A stretch of 50,810 nucleotides of DNA from Asterionella formosa (lineage: Eukaryota): positions 1 to 50,810 of the forward strand of contig NKIB01013818.1 of assembly GCA_002256025.1 (NCBI GenBank), given 5' to 3'. Position numbers and translations under genes: made by a program. Under the pieces are notes generated by a model. The model saw nothing but the letters and a program-made list of their open reading frames with translations, ran no database searches and had not been told where the DNA came from. Shown one piece after another: positions 12,966 through 23,881 of the stretch. Each line of letters opens with the position of its first letter. Within the stretch, counting starts at the first letter, position 1.

Positions 12966-13835
12966 TTAGAGTTTTATCAGTGTCCTAGCTCCCAAAACAA
13001 TCATCAATCCACTAAAGCCCCATCGCAAGATCTCTTCATTAGTTTTCAACCCAATCAGTTTTCCTCCCAAGTACGCACCTACAAAGGAACCCAATGCCAA
13101 AGTTGGAGCCACTCGCATGGCCACATTGCCCTGGGTGTAATGCGTGTACGTACCCACCATGGCAGGAAGGGACATGGCACATAGGCTTGTTCCGAGAGCT
13201 TGGTAGTGACTCATGTCTGTGAACACAGTTAATGCCGGGACAACAATGGCTCCACCACCAACACCAAAGAGGCCTGCCATGAATCCAGACCCGAGTCCAA
13301 TCATTGCCGGTGGTAACAATGTCCTTATTGTCAACGAGTTTCGTTCTTTGATTGTCGGTGCAGGCTCGTCAGCCAGGCCCACAAAATAATGCTTGAGCGG
13401 CACCATGGGAGCTACACAAATCATAAAGATCCCCAAGGCCCGCTTCAACACCCGCTCGGATAATTTAGCTGTGAGAGCGGCTCCCAACCTCGCCGTGACC
13501 ATGCCACAACAAGCAATCATTCCAGCGGCTTCCAGTTGTACTTGCTCGGCGTACCCCAAGGCCCCTGCGATACCAGTGGCGGTGACAGCAAAGAGCGACG
13601 TTCCGTGCGCTTGGTGTTGCGTCAGTTTCAAAAAGGACGATGTCATGAGTGGAATCATGACAAAGCCACCACCCATGCCAGCGAGACTTCCTAAGATGCC
13701 AGCAAGTCCCCCAATGAAGAATGTTTTGGGAAGGTCATGCTTGGCGTAGTTCCCAGACGGCGATGCATGCCAACGAGCAGAGTGCTGTGGCTGGCGCCGT
13801 GCGGCAGCAAGAACTTGACGTGATCGGAACAGCAT
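12966..13835 (-). CDS. TauE/SafE (TSUP) family sulfite exporter-like membrane protein with a probable mitochondrial presequence
   Basis: Two repeated halves, GGLAGILGSLAGMGGGFVMIP...AHGTSL and GSGFMAGLFGVGGGAIVVP...ALGTSL. R-rich, acid-free N-terminus. ATG at 13835. Confidence 0.88.
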   Translation of the reverse strand: MLFRSRQVLAAARRQPQHSARWHASPSGNYAKHDLPKTFFIGGLAGILGSLAGMGGGFVMIPLMTSSFLKLTQHQAHGTSLFAVTATGIAGALGYAEQVQLEAAGMIACCGMVTARLGAALTAKLSERVLKRALGIFMICVAPMVPLKHYFVGLADEPAPTIKERNSLTIRTLLPPAMIGLGSGFMAGLFGVGGGAIVVPALTVFTDMSHYQALGTSLCAMSLPAMVGTYTHYTQGNVAMRVAPTLALGSFVGAYLGGKLIGLKTNEEILRWGFSGLMIVLGARTLIKL

Positions 13836-14148
13836 TCACTGACACCTTTGGAGGAGCAAAGGCGAAAGGATTAAATAAATGTTGCTACGCCGCCTGATGG
13901 TGTTATAACAAACATTTCATTCAGCAAGCTGTACATATATGTAAAGCAGATCAAAGTATTATTCTACCGGTACCAAGGAACAAAAAGAAGTTCCAAATCA
14001 TCACAATGATTCATCGACACCCAGAGCAGTGCGTCGCTGCCTTGCTTCCGCCCTGCATTTTTTCTTGCATTTTTGCTTGCCTGTACTTTACTGCTGTCTT
14101 TCTTTGTTTCCCTTGCGTGCTTACCATTACCCGGTCGTAGGGGTACCA

Positions 14149-14238
14149 GCAAGTTGCGAAAATTTTGCTTAATATTACAATTTAATATGGGATAAAGATA
14201 GCTAAACTTTTAGTGTAAGCAAAATTACCGCGACTTGC
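14149..14238. mobile_element. 90-bp MITE-like hairpin element, copy 1
   Basis: TIRs GCAAGTTGCGAAAATTTTGCT / AGCAAAATTACCGCGACTTGC. Colinear with the reverse complement of 19836-19925. Confidence 0.8.
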
Positions 14239-14328
14239 AAGGTAGCTGTAACCTGCACTGGTTTATACTACACACGACCAGTAAGTATCACCGCCTGTCC
14301 GTCAGTGAAATGTCGAATTACGATCTAT

Positions 14329-14646
14329 GGTACCTGGTACCTGGTACCAGGGTACCGGTAGTAATACATAAATACTGTATTTGATATGCACATACCCAGT
14401 GATAACACGAAATGGTGCCATGATACCAGCACTCAGATTACCTGGTATCCTTCTTGTCATTCAACCACCCACCCAGGCGCACGGGCACAGGATGATCGTC
14501 ATCTCTGCCTGCCATCCTCATGACAGAGAAGAGTCGTCATAGTATCGTCATACATATACTTGATGCGTAAATAATTTGTGGCTATTTCTTTTGCGTCCAA
14601 TGGCAGCAGTGCTTTGATCTCTCTCAGGTACCTGGTACCAGGTACT
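14329..14646. repeat. GGTACC(T/A) palindromic micro-repeat clusters in the TauE/RPA49 divergent promoter
   Basis: GGTACCTGGTACCTGGTACCAGGGTACCGGTAGT at 14329-14362; perfect 18-bp palindrome GTACCTGGTACCAGGTAC at 14628-14645. Confidence 0.85.
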
Positions 14647-15041
14647 CCCTCTGGGCGAATACAGTTTCGTCAAATGTTAAAATTATCGCTCCGTGGCCAT
14701 TCTGACTCCTAAGATTTTCTCCGGCTCAATTGCCCTAGTGGCTGTCCGTTTTACTTTAAGCCACAGATCCATGCATAACATAGGGGTATATGTAGTAAAT
14801 TTAATGTTGGCAGAAAAGGTAACCATCGCAAGCCACGAAATAAAGACAGGCCCGTCCATCACCATGAGGCAAAAATTTAATTGATCTCAATTTCATGGGT
14901 CGACCGTATTATTCTTATTACCTCCATTATCAAATTCATATTCTGTTTTGCGGTCTTGCCCTTGCATTTTTTCACCAGGAGGATCCACTCACATTATCGT
15001 TAGAAGGATATACACAACGATTTATTGAGATCTCGTTCATC

Positions 15042-16358
15042 ATGGTGGTGACAATTAAAGTAAAGGAACCCGATCCATCCGTCGATCCAATTGTCGTTTC
15101 CTTTCCTGGCGGCATCCCTGAGGGACTACAGGAAGGATCGGACGCAGATCCCCCAAAGTTCCTGTGGCGCAAGATTAGCGAAACATCCACGAGAGGCCGT
15201 TCGTTGGTAGGAAAGGACTCAACCTGCCTGTACCAAGGCAAGAGTGATGAATCTAACAAGCGCCTGACGAAACTTTGCGTTGGGGTCTATCACAAGAAAA
15301 CTGGCAAGCTTGTCGTTTATCCAGCTGCCGAGCAGGGAACTGTCTTTTGTCTCTCTCAATCTATCCCGTCTTACGTGGAATCCATCTCCGACATCAAACT
15401 AACGGCAGTTCAACGACGCAAGGCGCTGTTTGAAGACTTTGGATCGCAAAAGAAACGCAAGGTGATGAAATCGCAAGAAGCCAACATCGTGAATGTTCAT
15501 TCGGTGATTGGAGCTGGATCATTAATGATGACTGCGTTGAAACATGGAAGCATGTCTGAGTCGAATCGGACTGCCATGGAGGTCACAAAGAGTGGAGAAA
15601 AGGTGAGAGGGAATCATGCAGACATATCGTTGATCGTATTTTGCCCGTCAAACTAACAACACACCACCACCTCTGCCCAGTTTGACGCTATCGAATCCAG
15701 TTACGTTGAAGCCCGTAACACACTCTTGCCTCCATTTAACCAGAATGCCAAGGACCCCCACATGGTGTATCAAGCACAGGATATTTCCGGTGACGATGCC
15801 TGGGGCCGCCTGTCTCGAGTGGCAGATGCCTGCATGCATAAAGGCAAGGTCATTGACGCCGTGACGGAGCGTGGTGAATGGCACGAGATTGTCAAGACGT
15901 TATTGAATGGTATTCCATTGGACAGTCCGAATGCGAAGTATCAAATCAAAACGTGTATGCTGTTGAATGCTTTGTTGAGCTTTCATTTGAATCGACGAAA
16001 TTTTATGAGAGGCAGTGCCGAGCAGGTGGCCAAGGATTTGAGGATCTCACCAGAACTTTGTGATCGTTTCTTGGATCTATTTACCTCTCCTCTCGAAGCA
16101 GGAGGGTTTGGAACGTCCAAGCACGAAAAGGCCAAATGCTTAATGTTCATTTTAATTCTTTATGTCGTTGCTCAAGGACGGAGCATGAAAGTGGGTACAA
16201 TAAAGCCTATTGCAGAAACTTGTAAAGTGGAGGTGGGCCAAGCTGTTACTTCGCTGCGAGAGGCTGGATTCACTGTCCAGTCTGATGGAATGGGGGCTGC
16301 CCTTAAGGTTCCTCTTACATTTCCAGGCCCGAAGAAGCGTGGTGGACGAGGACCGTAG
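15042..16358 (+). CDS. RPA49: RNA polymerase I subunit A49/PAF53-like; exons 15042-15602 and 15681-16358
   Basis: Motifs VGVYHKKTGKL, LFEDFGSQKKRK, LLPPFNQNAKDPHMVY and C-terminal AALKVPLTFP. A 78-bp GT-AG intron (15603-15680) with CTAAC joins the two ORFs in frame. Confidence 0.8.
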
Positions 16359-16461
16359 GTTTTAAGCAATACGATTAAACTCATGAAGCCATTTGATCAC
16401 AAAATATTTTTTAATACTTTCTTCGTAACTAGTTGCAGACTGGAAAACTCCAAGTAGATGT

Positions 16462-19400
16462 TTACTCCTCGCCTTCTTCGATTAAACCTTCATCGGCGGT
16501 GTCTTCAGACGCGAGGCGTCCCCGAAGGGCCGCTTCTTCAAGTTTTTTCGCTTCCGCGGCCTCCCTACGAATTTTCTCTTCGACTTGTAGCTTTCTCTCC
16601 TCAGCGTCCTTCCGAATCTTGTCATGAGTAGCGATGATGGCATCAATATCATCTTGAAAAGCTTCTCGTCCGACTGGAAGGTTCTGAAGTGTCTCAACTT
16701 GAGCCTTCAGAAGCTGGGTCTGACGGACTAGTTGAAGGTGCTTCGCATAGGCAAAGTCCAACTGAGACTCCAAGTCAACCATTCTAGAAATTGCGACAGT
16801 GAATGCGGAAGGTTCAGCTGGTTCCGGTGGAGGCGAAGGTGGTATAACATCTGGTCCCGGAAGTACTTCTGGTAAGGGAGGAACAGGAACAGGAAGAGGG
16901 GGAGGAACGGGTTCTGGCTCTGGTTGATGTTCGTGTGGCTGGTCGTTTTCTCGGAATGGATTTGGACCGTCCATGGCAAGTGAAGCATATGATGCATGTC
17001 TTTCCTCGCGTTCAAGGGGCATGTCATTGAATCGTTTGCTGTTCCAAGAGCCTAGTCCGCCCTCGGGAGGCCCTTGACGATGATGTGCCGACATTCTTCC
17101 TCCTCGGTCAAATCGACCTCGGCCACCACCAAACCCTCTTCCAACAAAACGACCTCCCGCCCTTCCTCCAGCTCCGAAACCATATTTTTGGAAGATTGGG
17201 TGGGGTAAATCACGGTCTAACGGGCCATCATTAAAGGGAGGAACAGGCAAAAATTCGAAAGCAGGTTTACCTAAAACAGAATTTTGTATAGCAGGAACAG
17301 GGGAGCTTCGAAGACGAATTGGGTCATGTGCAGACAAACTCGTCGAGCGGGCAGGTGCATGAGGAGGACTGGGGCTTGAATTCTGGCGGCCTCTTGGATC
17401 AACTCTATCACGAGGGTCTTGCCGAAATCTTGGATCCTGCCGTTCTCGCAGATTCGAATAGTCTGACTGATGCGACCATTCGATTTGCTGCTGTTGTACT
17501 TGCGGTTCCGGTAGATTTTGATTCGACTGAAAAATTCCTTCTTGCTGTGGTAGAGGTAGTGGATTTTCCCGTCGATCATATTCCGGCTCGACATGATCCT
17601 CCCGGGAACGCTTCTCGTCGTGGTAATCTAAAGGTTTGCTGACCTCAAATGACCTCTTCCGACTAATCCAGCAGTCATCAGAAGTCTCATTGCGATTGGG
17701 GCACTCGTCACTGGAGAAGGTACCTCGATCATCGCGGCCTCTGTCGCCTCGAGGAGAGAGCAGCGAGTCGGGAACCGCTCGTCCGCGGCCGCCGTAAATT
17801 GCTCTTGGTGATTTTGGTGATGCCATGTGTTGATCAGTCTCGCCACCATCAAAAGATTCGTTGCGATCATAGGTGTTGACCCGGCTGACATTCCATCGAC
17901 CGCTGAATTCGGATCCACGTCCCGATTCGAATGCATGACCATCATCTCTCCCTCTGCCACGACCACCACCTCGAAAATTCGATCTTCCTCTCCCTCGGGC
18001 TGGATCAAAAGGGATCCTGCCTCGACCGTCTCGGAAAACTCCTCGTTCGCCGAACCTTCCTCTACCTCCACTTTCAAATGAAGCCGCATTGGCAACTTCA
18101 TTAAAACGTCCCCCAGAATCATCTCGATTGAATCGTCCTCGTCCGTGATCATCATCGAGACGTCCGCTGTATCGACCGCGACCTCGTCCTTGATAACCCC
18201 TGCCACGACCTCCAGAAGATGCTGAATGATCATCATCGAATCGATCACTGTTACTAGTGAATCGATCGCTTGGAACACGGGCACTGCTATCACTTCTGAA
18301 ACGATTATTATTATTTTCTTCTGTGCTGAATCGATCAGGCTGCCCTCGCAAGTTGATATAATTGTCACTGTTGAATCGATCGTTTGGTGCCCGATCATTA
18401 TCATAGCGATTCACACTATTTTGATCGTCGTTGTCCTTTCCTCGATTGTCCGATTGTTGGAATCGATTTCCTTGTGCTTGGAATCTACCATCAGGTTCAT
18501 TGTATCGATCACCATGGTCTTTTGTATCGACCTCATTATTAAATCGAAAATCACGAGGCTTGTTTTCGTTCAACTGGCGATGTGCTGTATTGGCAAGGTG
18601 GCGATCATTAGAGTCAGAAAATCTATCTTGAGGATGTATTGCATTGAATTCCTGGCGATTTTTATCCGAAAATCGATCGTATTGTTGTGATAAAGAAACC
18701 TCCATATGGTTCCCTTCCGAAATTCTATCTTGCTGATGCTGCGAAGAAAACTTTTGTGTGGGTGGATTGGTTTCCGAAAATGTATCGTGGTACTGCGGAG
18801 AGATTATATCCTGACGGTTGTATTCTGAAGATCTTTCCTGTTGTGATTTTGTCTGAAAAATATTTGTACATCCAGCGTCTTCGTTTCTATCCTTGCCATT
18901 GTGTTCGGCAACAGTCTCGGTAATCTCGCTTCGGTGGAAAGCACGTTCAATATTATTTGTTTCAGATCTGTCAAAAAAGGATTCTCGTTCTGATCCCCGT
19001 TCCGTGTCCGTCATCTGGTATCGATCAACATCATGAGATCTCCCACCTCTCGCTTCAGTACTATAGTACCCCCTTCCATCAAATGATCGTCCTCGGCCTC
19101 GGCCACTTCCCCGAGAGAATCGGCCACGGCCTCCCCCATCGTACGTTGATCGTCCTCCTCCATCGGAATTGTCGTAGCTTCCTCTCCCCCTTCCACCCTC
19201 CTCGCCACGGCCTCTTCCACGACCGTCGACTTCCTGAAAATTTGACCTTGGTCTGATGTCTACATTGTGCCCACCGTGGGGATTAAAAGCAGTAGTACCG
19301 GTAGCTGTACTGTCCTCTCCTTGATTGATGATAGTGGGTCTCGTCGTCATCGCCCCCCTCGGCGTTGACAAGGCAGAATCGACAGTTGGTTCGAACGGAT

Positions 19401-19587
19401 ATCGCCCTCTTCCTCCACGAGCCCTTCCTCCTCTGGGATCCATCCGACCTCGTCCTCTCCCGCCACCGCGAGATGGATCGAACCGGCCCCGGCCGCTTCG
19501 TCCACGTGATGGATCAAATGATCGGCCGCCGCGACCACTGTTATATCCTCGGCCGAATCTACCTCCATCATCACCATACTCGTCCAT
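16462..19587 (-). CDS. 1041-aa RGG/RG-rich low-complexity protein with a Pro-rich linker and C-terminal coiled coil; putative RNA-binding protein
   Basis: Long uninterrupted ATG-to-stop ORF with many GRGRG/RGG tracts, DRF repeats and a helical C-terminus. Confidence 0.75.
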   Translation of the reverse strand: MDEYGDDGGRFGRGYNSGRGGRSFDPSRGRSGRGRFDPSRGGGRGRGRMDPRGGRARGGRGRYPFEPTVDSALSTPRGAMTTRPTIINQGEDSTATGTTAFNPHGGHNVDIRPRSNFQEVDGRGRGRGEEGGRGRGSYDNSDGGGRSTYDGGGRGRFSRGSGRGRGRSFDGRGYYSTEARGGRSHDVDRYQMTDTERGSERESFFDRSETNNIERAFHRSEITETVAEHNGKDRNEDAGCTNIFQTKSQQERSSEYNRQDIISPQYHDTFSETNPPTQKFSSQHQQDRISEGNHMEVSLSQQYDRFSDKNRQEFNAIHPQDRFSDSNDRHLANTAHRQLNENKPRDFRFNNEVDTKDHGDRYNEPDGRFQAQGNRFQQSDNRGKDNDDQNSVNRYDNDRAPNDRFNSDNYINLRGQPDRFSTEENNNNRFRSDSSARVPSDRFTSNSDRFDDDHSASSGGRGRGYQGRGRGRYSGRLDDDHGRGRFNRDDSGGRFNEVANAASFESGGRGRFGERGVFRDGRGRIPFDPARGRGRSNFRGGGRGRGRDDGHAFESGRGSEFSGRWNVSRVNTYDRNESFDGGETDQHMASPKSPRAIYGGRGRAVPDSLLSPRGDRGRDDRGTFSSDECPNRNETSDDCWISRKRSFEVSKPLDYHDEKRSREDHVEPEYDRRENPLPLPQQEGIFQSNQNLPEPQVQQQQIEWSHQSDYSNLRERQDPRFRQDPRDRVDPRGRQNSSPSPPHAPARSTSLSAHDPIRLRSSPVPAIQNSVLGKPAFEFLPVPPFNDGPLDRDLPHPIFQKYGFGAGGRAGGRFVGRGFGGGRGRFDRGGRMSAHHRQGPPEGGLGSWNSKRFNDMPLEREERHASYASLAMDGPNPFRENDQPHEHQPEPEPVPPPLPVPVPPLPEVLPGPDVIPPSPPPEPAEPSAFTVAISRMVDLESQLDFAYAKHLQLVRQTQLLKAQVETLQNLPVGREAFQDDIDAIIATHDKIRKDAEERKLQVEEKIRREAAEAKKLEEAALRGRLASEDTADEGLIEEGEE

Positions 19588-19729
19588 GATGGAGGTGCAT
19601 GTATTTATTTATCAATCTGCAGAAACTTGATTTATTGTTATCAAACTCTATTGTATGTTGTGATTGTCTGGAATGGTTGCATTGTTGCCGGGTCTATCAT
19701 ATTTTATTAATTTTGTTACCTGCTATCTT

Positions 19730-19995
19730 GTACCAGTGGTACCTGTACCTACCGTAGTTGGTAAATTCCTGTATTACATAGGGTCTCATGTGATACCGGT
19801 ACCTGGAGCACCCTGTTGCCTGGTAGGAGTAACATGCAAGTTGCGGTAATTTTGCTGAAACTAAAGAGTTAGCTAACTTTATCCGAGATTAAAATGTAAG
19901 TTCAAGCAAAATGACCGCAACTTGCACAGGTAGTCACCCTTTTTACGATGTATGTAGCTGGTACGGAGTACCGGTACCTGGTTACCATGGTACTC
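19730..19995. repeat. GTAC-rich micro-repeat clusters flanking MITE copy 2
   Basis: GTACCAGTGGTACCTGTACCTACC, TACCGGTACCTGG, GGTACGGAGTACCGGTACCTGGTTACCATGGTAC. Confidence 0.75.
19836..19925. mobile_element. 90-bp MITE-like hairpin element, copy 2 (inverted relative to copy 1)
   Basis: 21-bp TIRs with one mismatch (19836-19856 / 19905-19925) and an internal 12-bp palindrome AGTTAGCTAACT at 19867-19878. Confidence 0.85.
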
Positions 19996-21463
19996 TAGAG
20001 TGATTTGGGTTAGGGTTATCGGCATGCTATCAATTTGCATGGTGCAGTAGAAAATATTTCAATAATAAATAAACTGTCAATCAGTATACCGGGTAGACGA
20101 TACCGGAATATGTTAAAAAGCTTCGTACTCTCCTACGGGCTGGGTTTGTTTTCGTAGATTCGAACGTGCTAGTAGTACTCCCTAGTACCACTTGCTTTTC
20201 TCTGCTCTCCTACCGGTACCCTTACTGCTAGATAAACTAATTGACCTTCATGTCAATTCACACAATGTTTCCTGAATTGAAAATCTAAAAATCTAAGCTA
20301 AACTAAAGTTTCTTTTCCATGCATCTTTGCTTCCCACAAAGTCGTTCTAAGACTCTCTTCGAATTTCCACTTAACATTTCCATAGAAATCTTCAATCTTT
20401 GAACATTAGATGGCTGATTGGCATGGCAATGCAAGATTCGACTCGTTGGATTAGAATCGAGTCCACAATCCTCGTGACTTGCTCTAATATTCTTGACATA
20501 TATACTATATAGATCTGGTATTTCATTGAAACAAACAATTCCTGGTGAAGACGAAATATTTGATCTAATGTTAAAATGATAATCTGTTGTATAGACTCTC
20601 CTTTTTCAAGGCAAGTATTCATTGTGCCACCTGCCAACAAGACCTATGCTTTGCTAGTTTTGTTAGCATATGTGAGTCCCCAACCACCTTTCACAAAAGG
20701 TGATTGTCTTAGCCACAGCATTAAATCAGCCAATGAAAAATGATTCTATGTTAACAGAGAGGGAATCAATGATTGTGCCATCCCACATATGGGAAAATAG
20801 CACTAGCTAGGACAACTAGAAGCAAGTGAGGAGGCAATACAATTGGCAAGGACTTTCTTAGACAACTTAGATGGAGATGGAGTGAAAAAATATTGGCTAG
20901 GGGTTGGTCAGAGTGTCAGTTGGAATTTAGGTTTGAGAGTCAGGGATTTTCGTTTCTATTGCCATATGACTGCATTAGATTCGAAATGTTCCCCTGTCCT
21001 TCTTTTGATAGGTACATTTTCTAATTATATACTGCACAATCCATTTCCATAGAGCTATTTTATGCTTCAAAATTTTTTCCATCTGAGATGAGACCACATT
21101 TATCGCAAAAAACAGGCCCCAAAACTTGCTTGCCTTCTGACTGTTCTCAGTGATTTGCTCGTCACTATAGCTATACCCAGGACCAAGAGAGGCCCAACTC
21201 TGTTTCTCTGCCTTCCCCTGCTTAACCCCTGATCACATCCTGACATCGTCTCCTCCCAATTTTGCAAATTCGTGACGATGTGCCATGTAGGAATGGAATG
21301 TAAGTACAGGTACATCAACAATATATATATTATTATTCTAGCAGCATGGCAGCACAAATCACAGATAGGAGATAACATTTATATTATGTATTGGACTACC
21401 GTTATTCATATCCCGTACATAAATAATAAGTAATCGAAAACGCACTTTGACTCTTGCTCCACC

Positions 21464-22429
21464 ATGACAGCAGCAACAACAACGACTCCCACCAAAGAGG
21501 CTTTGGTCCTTCAGGATTTGAAGCGATACCTCACCAAGGGCACACCTCTCGATGACAAGTCTGCCGTCGCAATGCCCGTCGCCGCCATCAAGGCGTTGCT
21601 GGGAGTTGTCCAACGTTCCACAGCAGAAACCATGATGGGCCTGCAGTCGGAACTAGAAGATGCCAAACGACACATGCTCGAATACAATCGGCTGGAGGGA
21701 TCTCGCAGCAACATCTCCTTGGAAAGTGGCTGCCAGTTGTTTTTGAAGCACATTACGCGCACTTTCTTGGAATTGACGGACTTTGACCAGTGCAAGCAGC
21801 AAATTCTGACCAGGGGCGAGAGCTTCGCGGGACTGTCGCTGACTGCCAGAGATCGGATTGCGGCCGTCGGACATTCATTCATACGAGAGAATCAAACGAT
21901 TCTTATTCATGGCTGGAGCAGAGTCGTGGCGTCGCTGCTGCTCAAGGCGGCGGAAACGAAGCACTTTGACGTTGTCATTTTGGAAGGCCGCCCAGATGCA
22001 ACGGGCACCAAAGCAGCAGAATTCTATGCGCAAAAAGGCATTCCGACAACATTGATTTTAGACTCGGCCATGGGATACAAAATGCCAGCTGTTGACATTG
22101 TGTTGGTAGGAGCGGAAGGTGTTGTGGAAAATGGAGGGATTGTCAACAAGTTGGGAACCTATGCACTGGCCATTTGTGCACAACAACATAAAAAACCATT
22201 TTATGTCGCCGCAGAGTCATACAAGTTTGCGAGGCTTTATCCTCTCAGTCAAACTGATTTACCAGATGTGGGACAAAGTACTGACTTTGCATGCTTAGCT
22301 AAGGAGGTCACGGTGGATAATCCGCCGTCGGATTATACGCCAGCAAAATATATTACCTTGCTATTCACCGATTTGGGAGTCTTGACACCAAGTGCTGTTT
22401 CAGACGAGTTGATTCGCTTGTATCAATAG
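21464..22429 (+). CDS. EIF2B1: Translation initiation factor eIF-2B subunit alpha
   Basis: VAAIKAL, SGCQLF, ILIHGWSRVV, VGAEGVVENGGIVNKLGT, PFYVAAESYKFARLYPLSQ and DYTPAKYITLLFTDLGVLTPSAVSDELIRLY are characteristic of GCN3/eIF2B-alpha. Confidence 0.95.
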   Translation: MTAATTTTPTKEALVLQDLKRYLTKGTPLDDKSAVAMPVAAIKALLGVVQRSTAETMMGLQSELEDAKRHMLEYNRLEGSRSNISLESGCQLFLKHITRTFLELTDFDQCKQQILTRGESFAGLSLTARDRIAAVGHSFIRENQTILIHGWSRVVASLLLKAAETKHFDVVILEGRPDATGTKAAEFYAQKGIPTTLILDSAMGYKMPAVDIVLVGAEGVVENGGIVNKLGTYALAICAQQHKKPFYVAAESYKFARLYPLSQTDLPDVGQSTDFACLAKEVTVDNPPSDYTPAKYITLLFTDLGVLTPSAVSDELIRLYQ

Positions 22430-23042
22430 AAAGAGAGGATATGGACCGACTGTATCTTTCAGGGGAAACTAGACCAATTATTGGAATAGCGTGACCAGCC
22501 CAAGAAACACTGGTATGTTGGAACTTGAGAACGTAAGGGCGTTCAGCCGACGTTGGATCGAAGTTAATTGCTTTTGATATTGCGCTGGCAAAATGTTGGA
22601 TGAAAGAGTACCGCTTTTGCAACCTAGGGAGCTCAGTGCTTTTAACTTTTTGATTTCATGGTACCACATGAACCTAGCATAACCGACCCTATAACGCTAT
22701 TACTAGTTCTTGTTTGCTGTCACCCAGTCGGATACTTATGTGCCTGTCGGACGCTCACATTAGGAGAGTAGTTTGCTGTCCCCCCCTTCACTGGGTAAAC
22801 TACCGATACATCCCTGTCACGCTCACATTATTAGGAGATGAGTGCGGTTCGAATTTGGCGCACCTGTTAAACGCCAGATGGCCAACCGGCAGCGATTTAA
22901 CGGGATCAAACCGGCGATTAACACCTAATTAGTATGAAGCGTTAAGTTATGTTGGATCGCTACGATAGCTACATGCATACTTCGCTCTAGGAAAGATATA
23001 GATGGGTGTTATTACGTTCATTATTATAGGCTCGGCTCAACG

Positions 23043-23087
23043 CTACCTGGTACTGGTATCTGGTATCTGGTACCTGTACCAGGTACA
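23043..23087. repeat. CTGGTAY heptamer micro-array upstream of the MYB gene
   Basis: CTACCTGGTACTGGTATCTGGTATCTGGTACCTGTACCAGGTAC. Confidence 0.85.
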
Positions 23088-23881
23088 TACCACATCCAAA
23101 TGATGAAATGACTGGAGTCATAAGGGACGAGTGAAGTCTTGATGATTTGATGTCACGTTGGCTTTCGATACCACTCAATGGTAAGAAAGTCATATTTATA
23201 ATGGCGACATGTAATCTGAGTCGGGGTATGCGTAAATAAAGTATGTTCAATCTACAGTCATGAAGAGCACGGCCGTTACGTTTTGCGGTTACGAGTTTGC
23301 TCAAATCAACATATCGACGTAGTGATGTACCTGATCTTACGAATGTTCAGGAGTACATATATTCTTCAAAATTGGTATTGATTCTGTCTATGCGAATGAC
23401 AGACCCTTGTTACAAGAGGGATAAGTCACAGGTGCAGCCATGCTTCTGTACATCGTAACCGAACGGGTAGATCGGTTATTCTGTTCTATGATGCAGCCGC
23501 CCCACCCTCTATGTAATTGTCGAGGTAACAGGCTAATATGTAGGTGATACAATTTTAAGAAAACGTTTGGACTCATTAAACAAGTAAATCATCAAGAAAG
23601 CTGCGGTTATCTTCCTTCCATCTGAACGCCTGGATAATCATCAGGTAAGAAATGCCGATCATACTCAAGATACCTTTGGTCAATCATTGATTTGTTTGCC
23701 TCCTGCTGATCTCTTGTCGACAGCACTTGAACGACTCACAACGAACCTCACTAGGCTGCGAATACAGTTCGTTCTATCAGTGAGAGCCCTGCGTTCTGCC
23801 ATTACTGGAATCACTCGCTGAAGGGCTTGAACTTGTTGACGCCAATCGTTTTTCACCATTATCCAATTGGCTGTCATAGCG

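Noticed and set aside
17271..19630. Many overlapping antisense and alternate-frame ORFs
   Set aside because: Shadows of the low-complexity RGG gene. The same applies to ORFs overlapping eIF2B-alpha, MOT1, DBP3, VPS72 and MiaB.
20005..20018. Telomere-like GGGTTAGGGTTA
   Set aside because: Only about two units; too short to call an interstitial telomere.
20230..21300. Possible decayed DNA transposon between the RGG and eIF2B-alpha genes (similar AT-rich stretches at 29400-30350 and 45700-46700)
   Set aside because: It looks repeat-derived, but I could not support TIRs or protein motifs.
22850..23290. AACGG (MSA-like) MYB autoregulatory sites
   Set aside because: Only a couple of 5-6 bp matches, as expected by chance.
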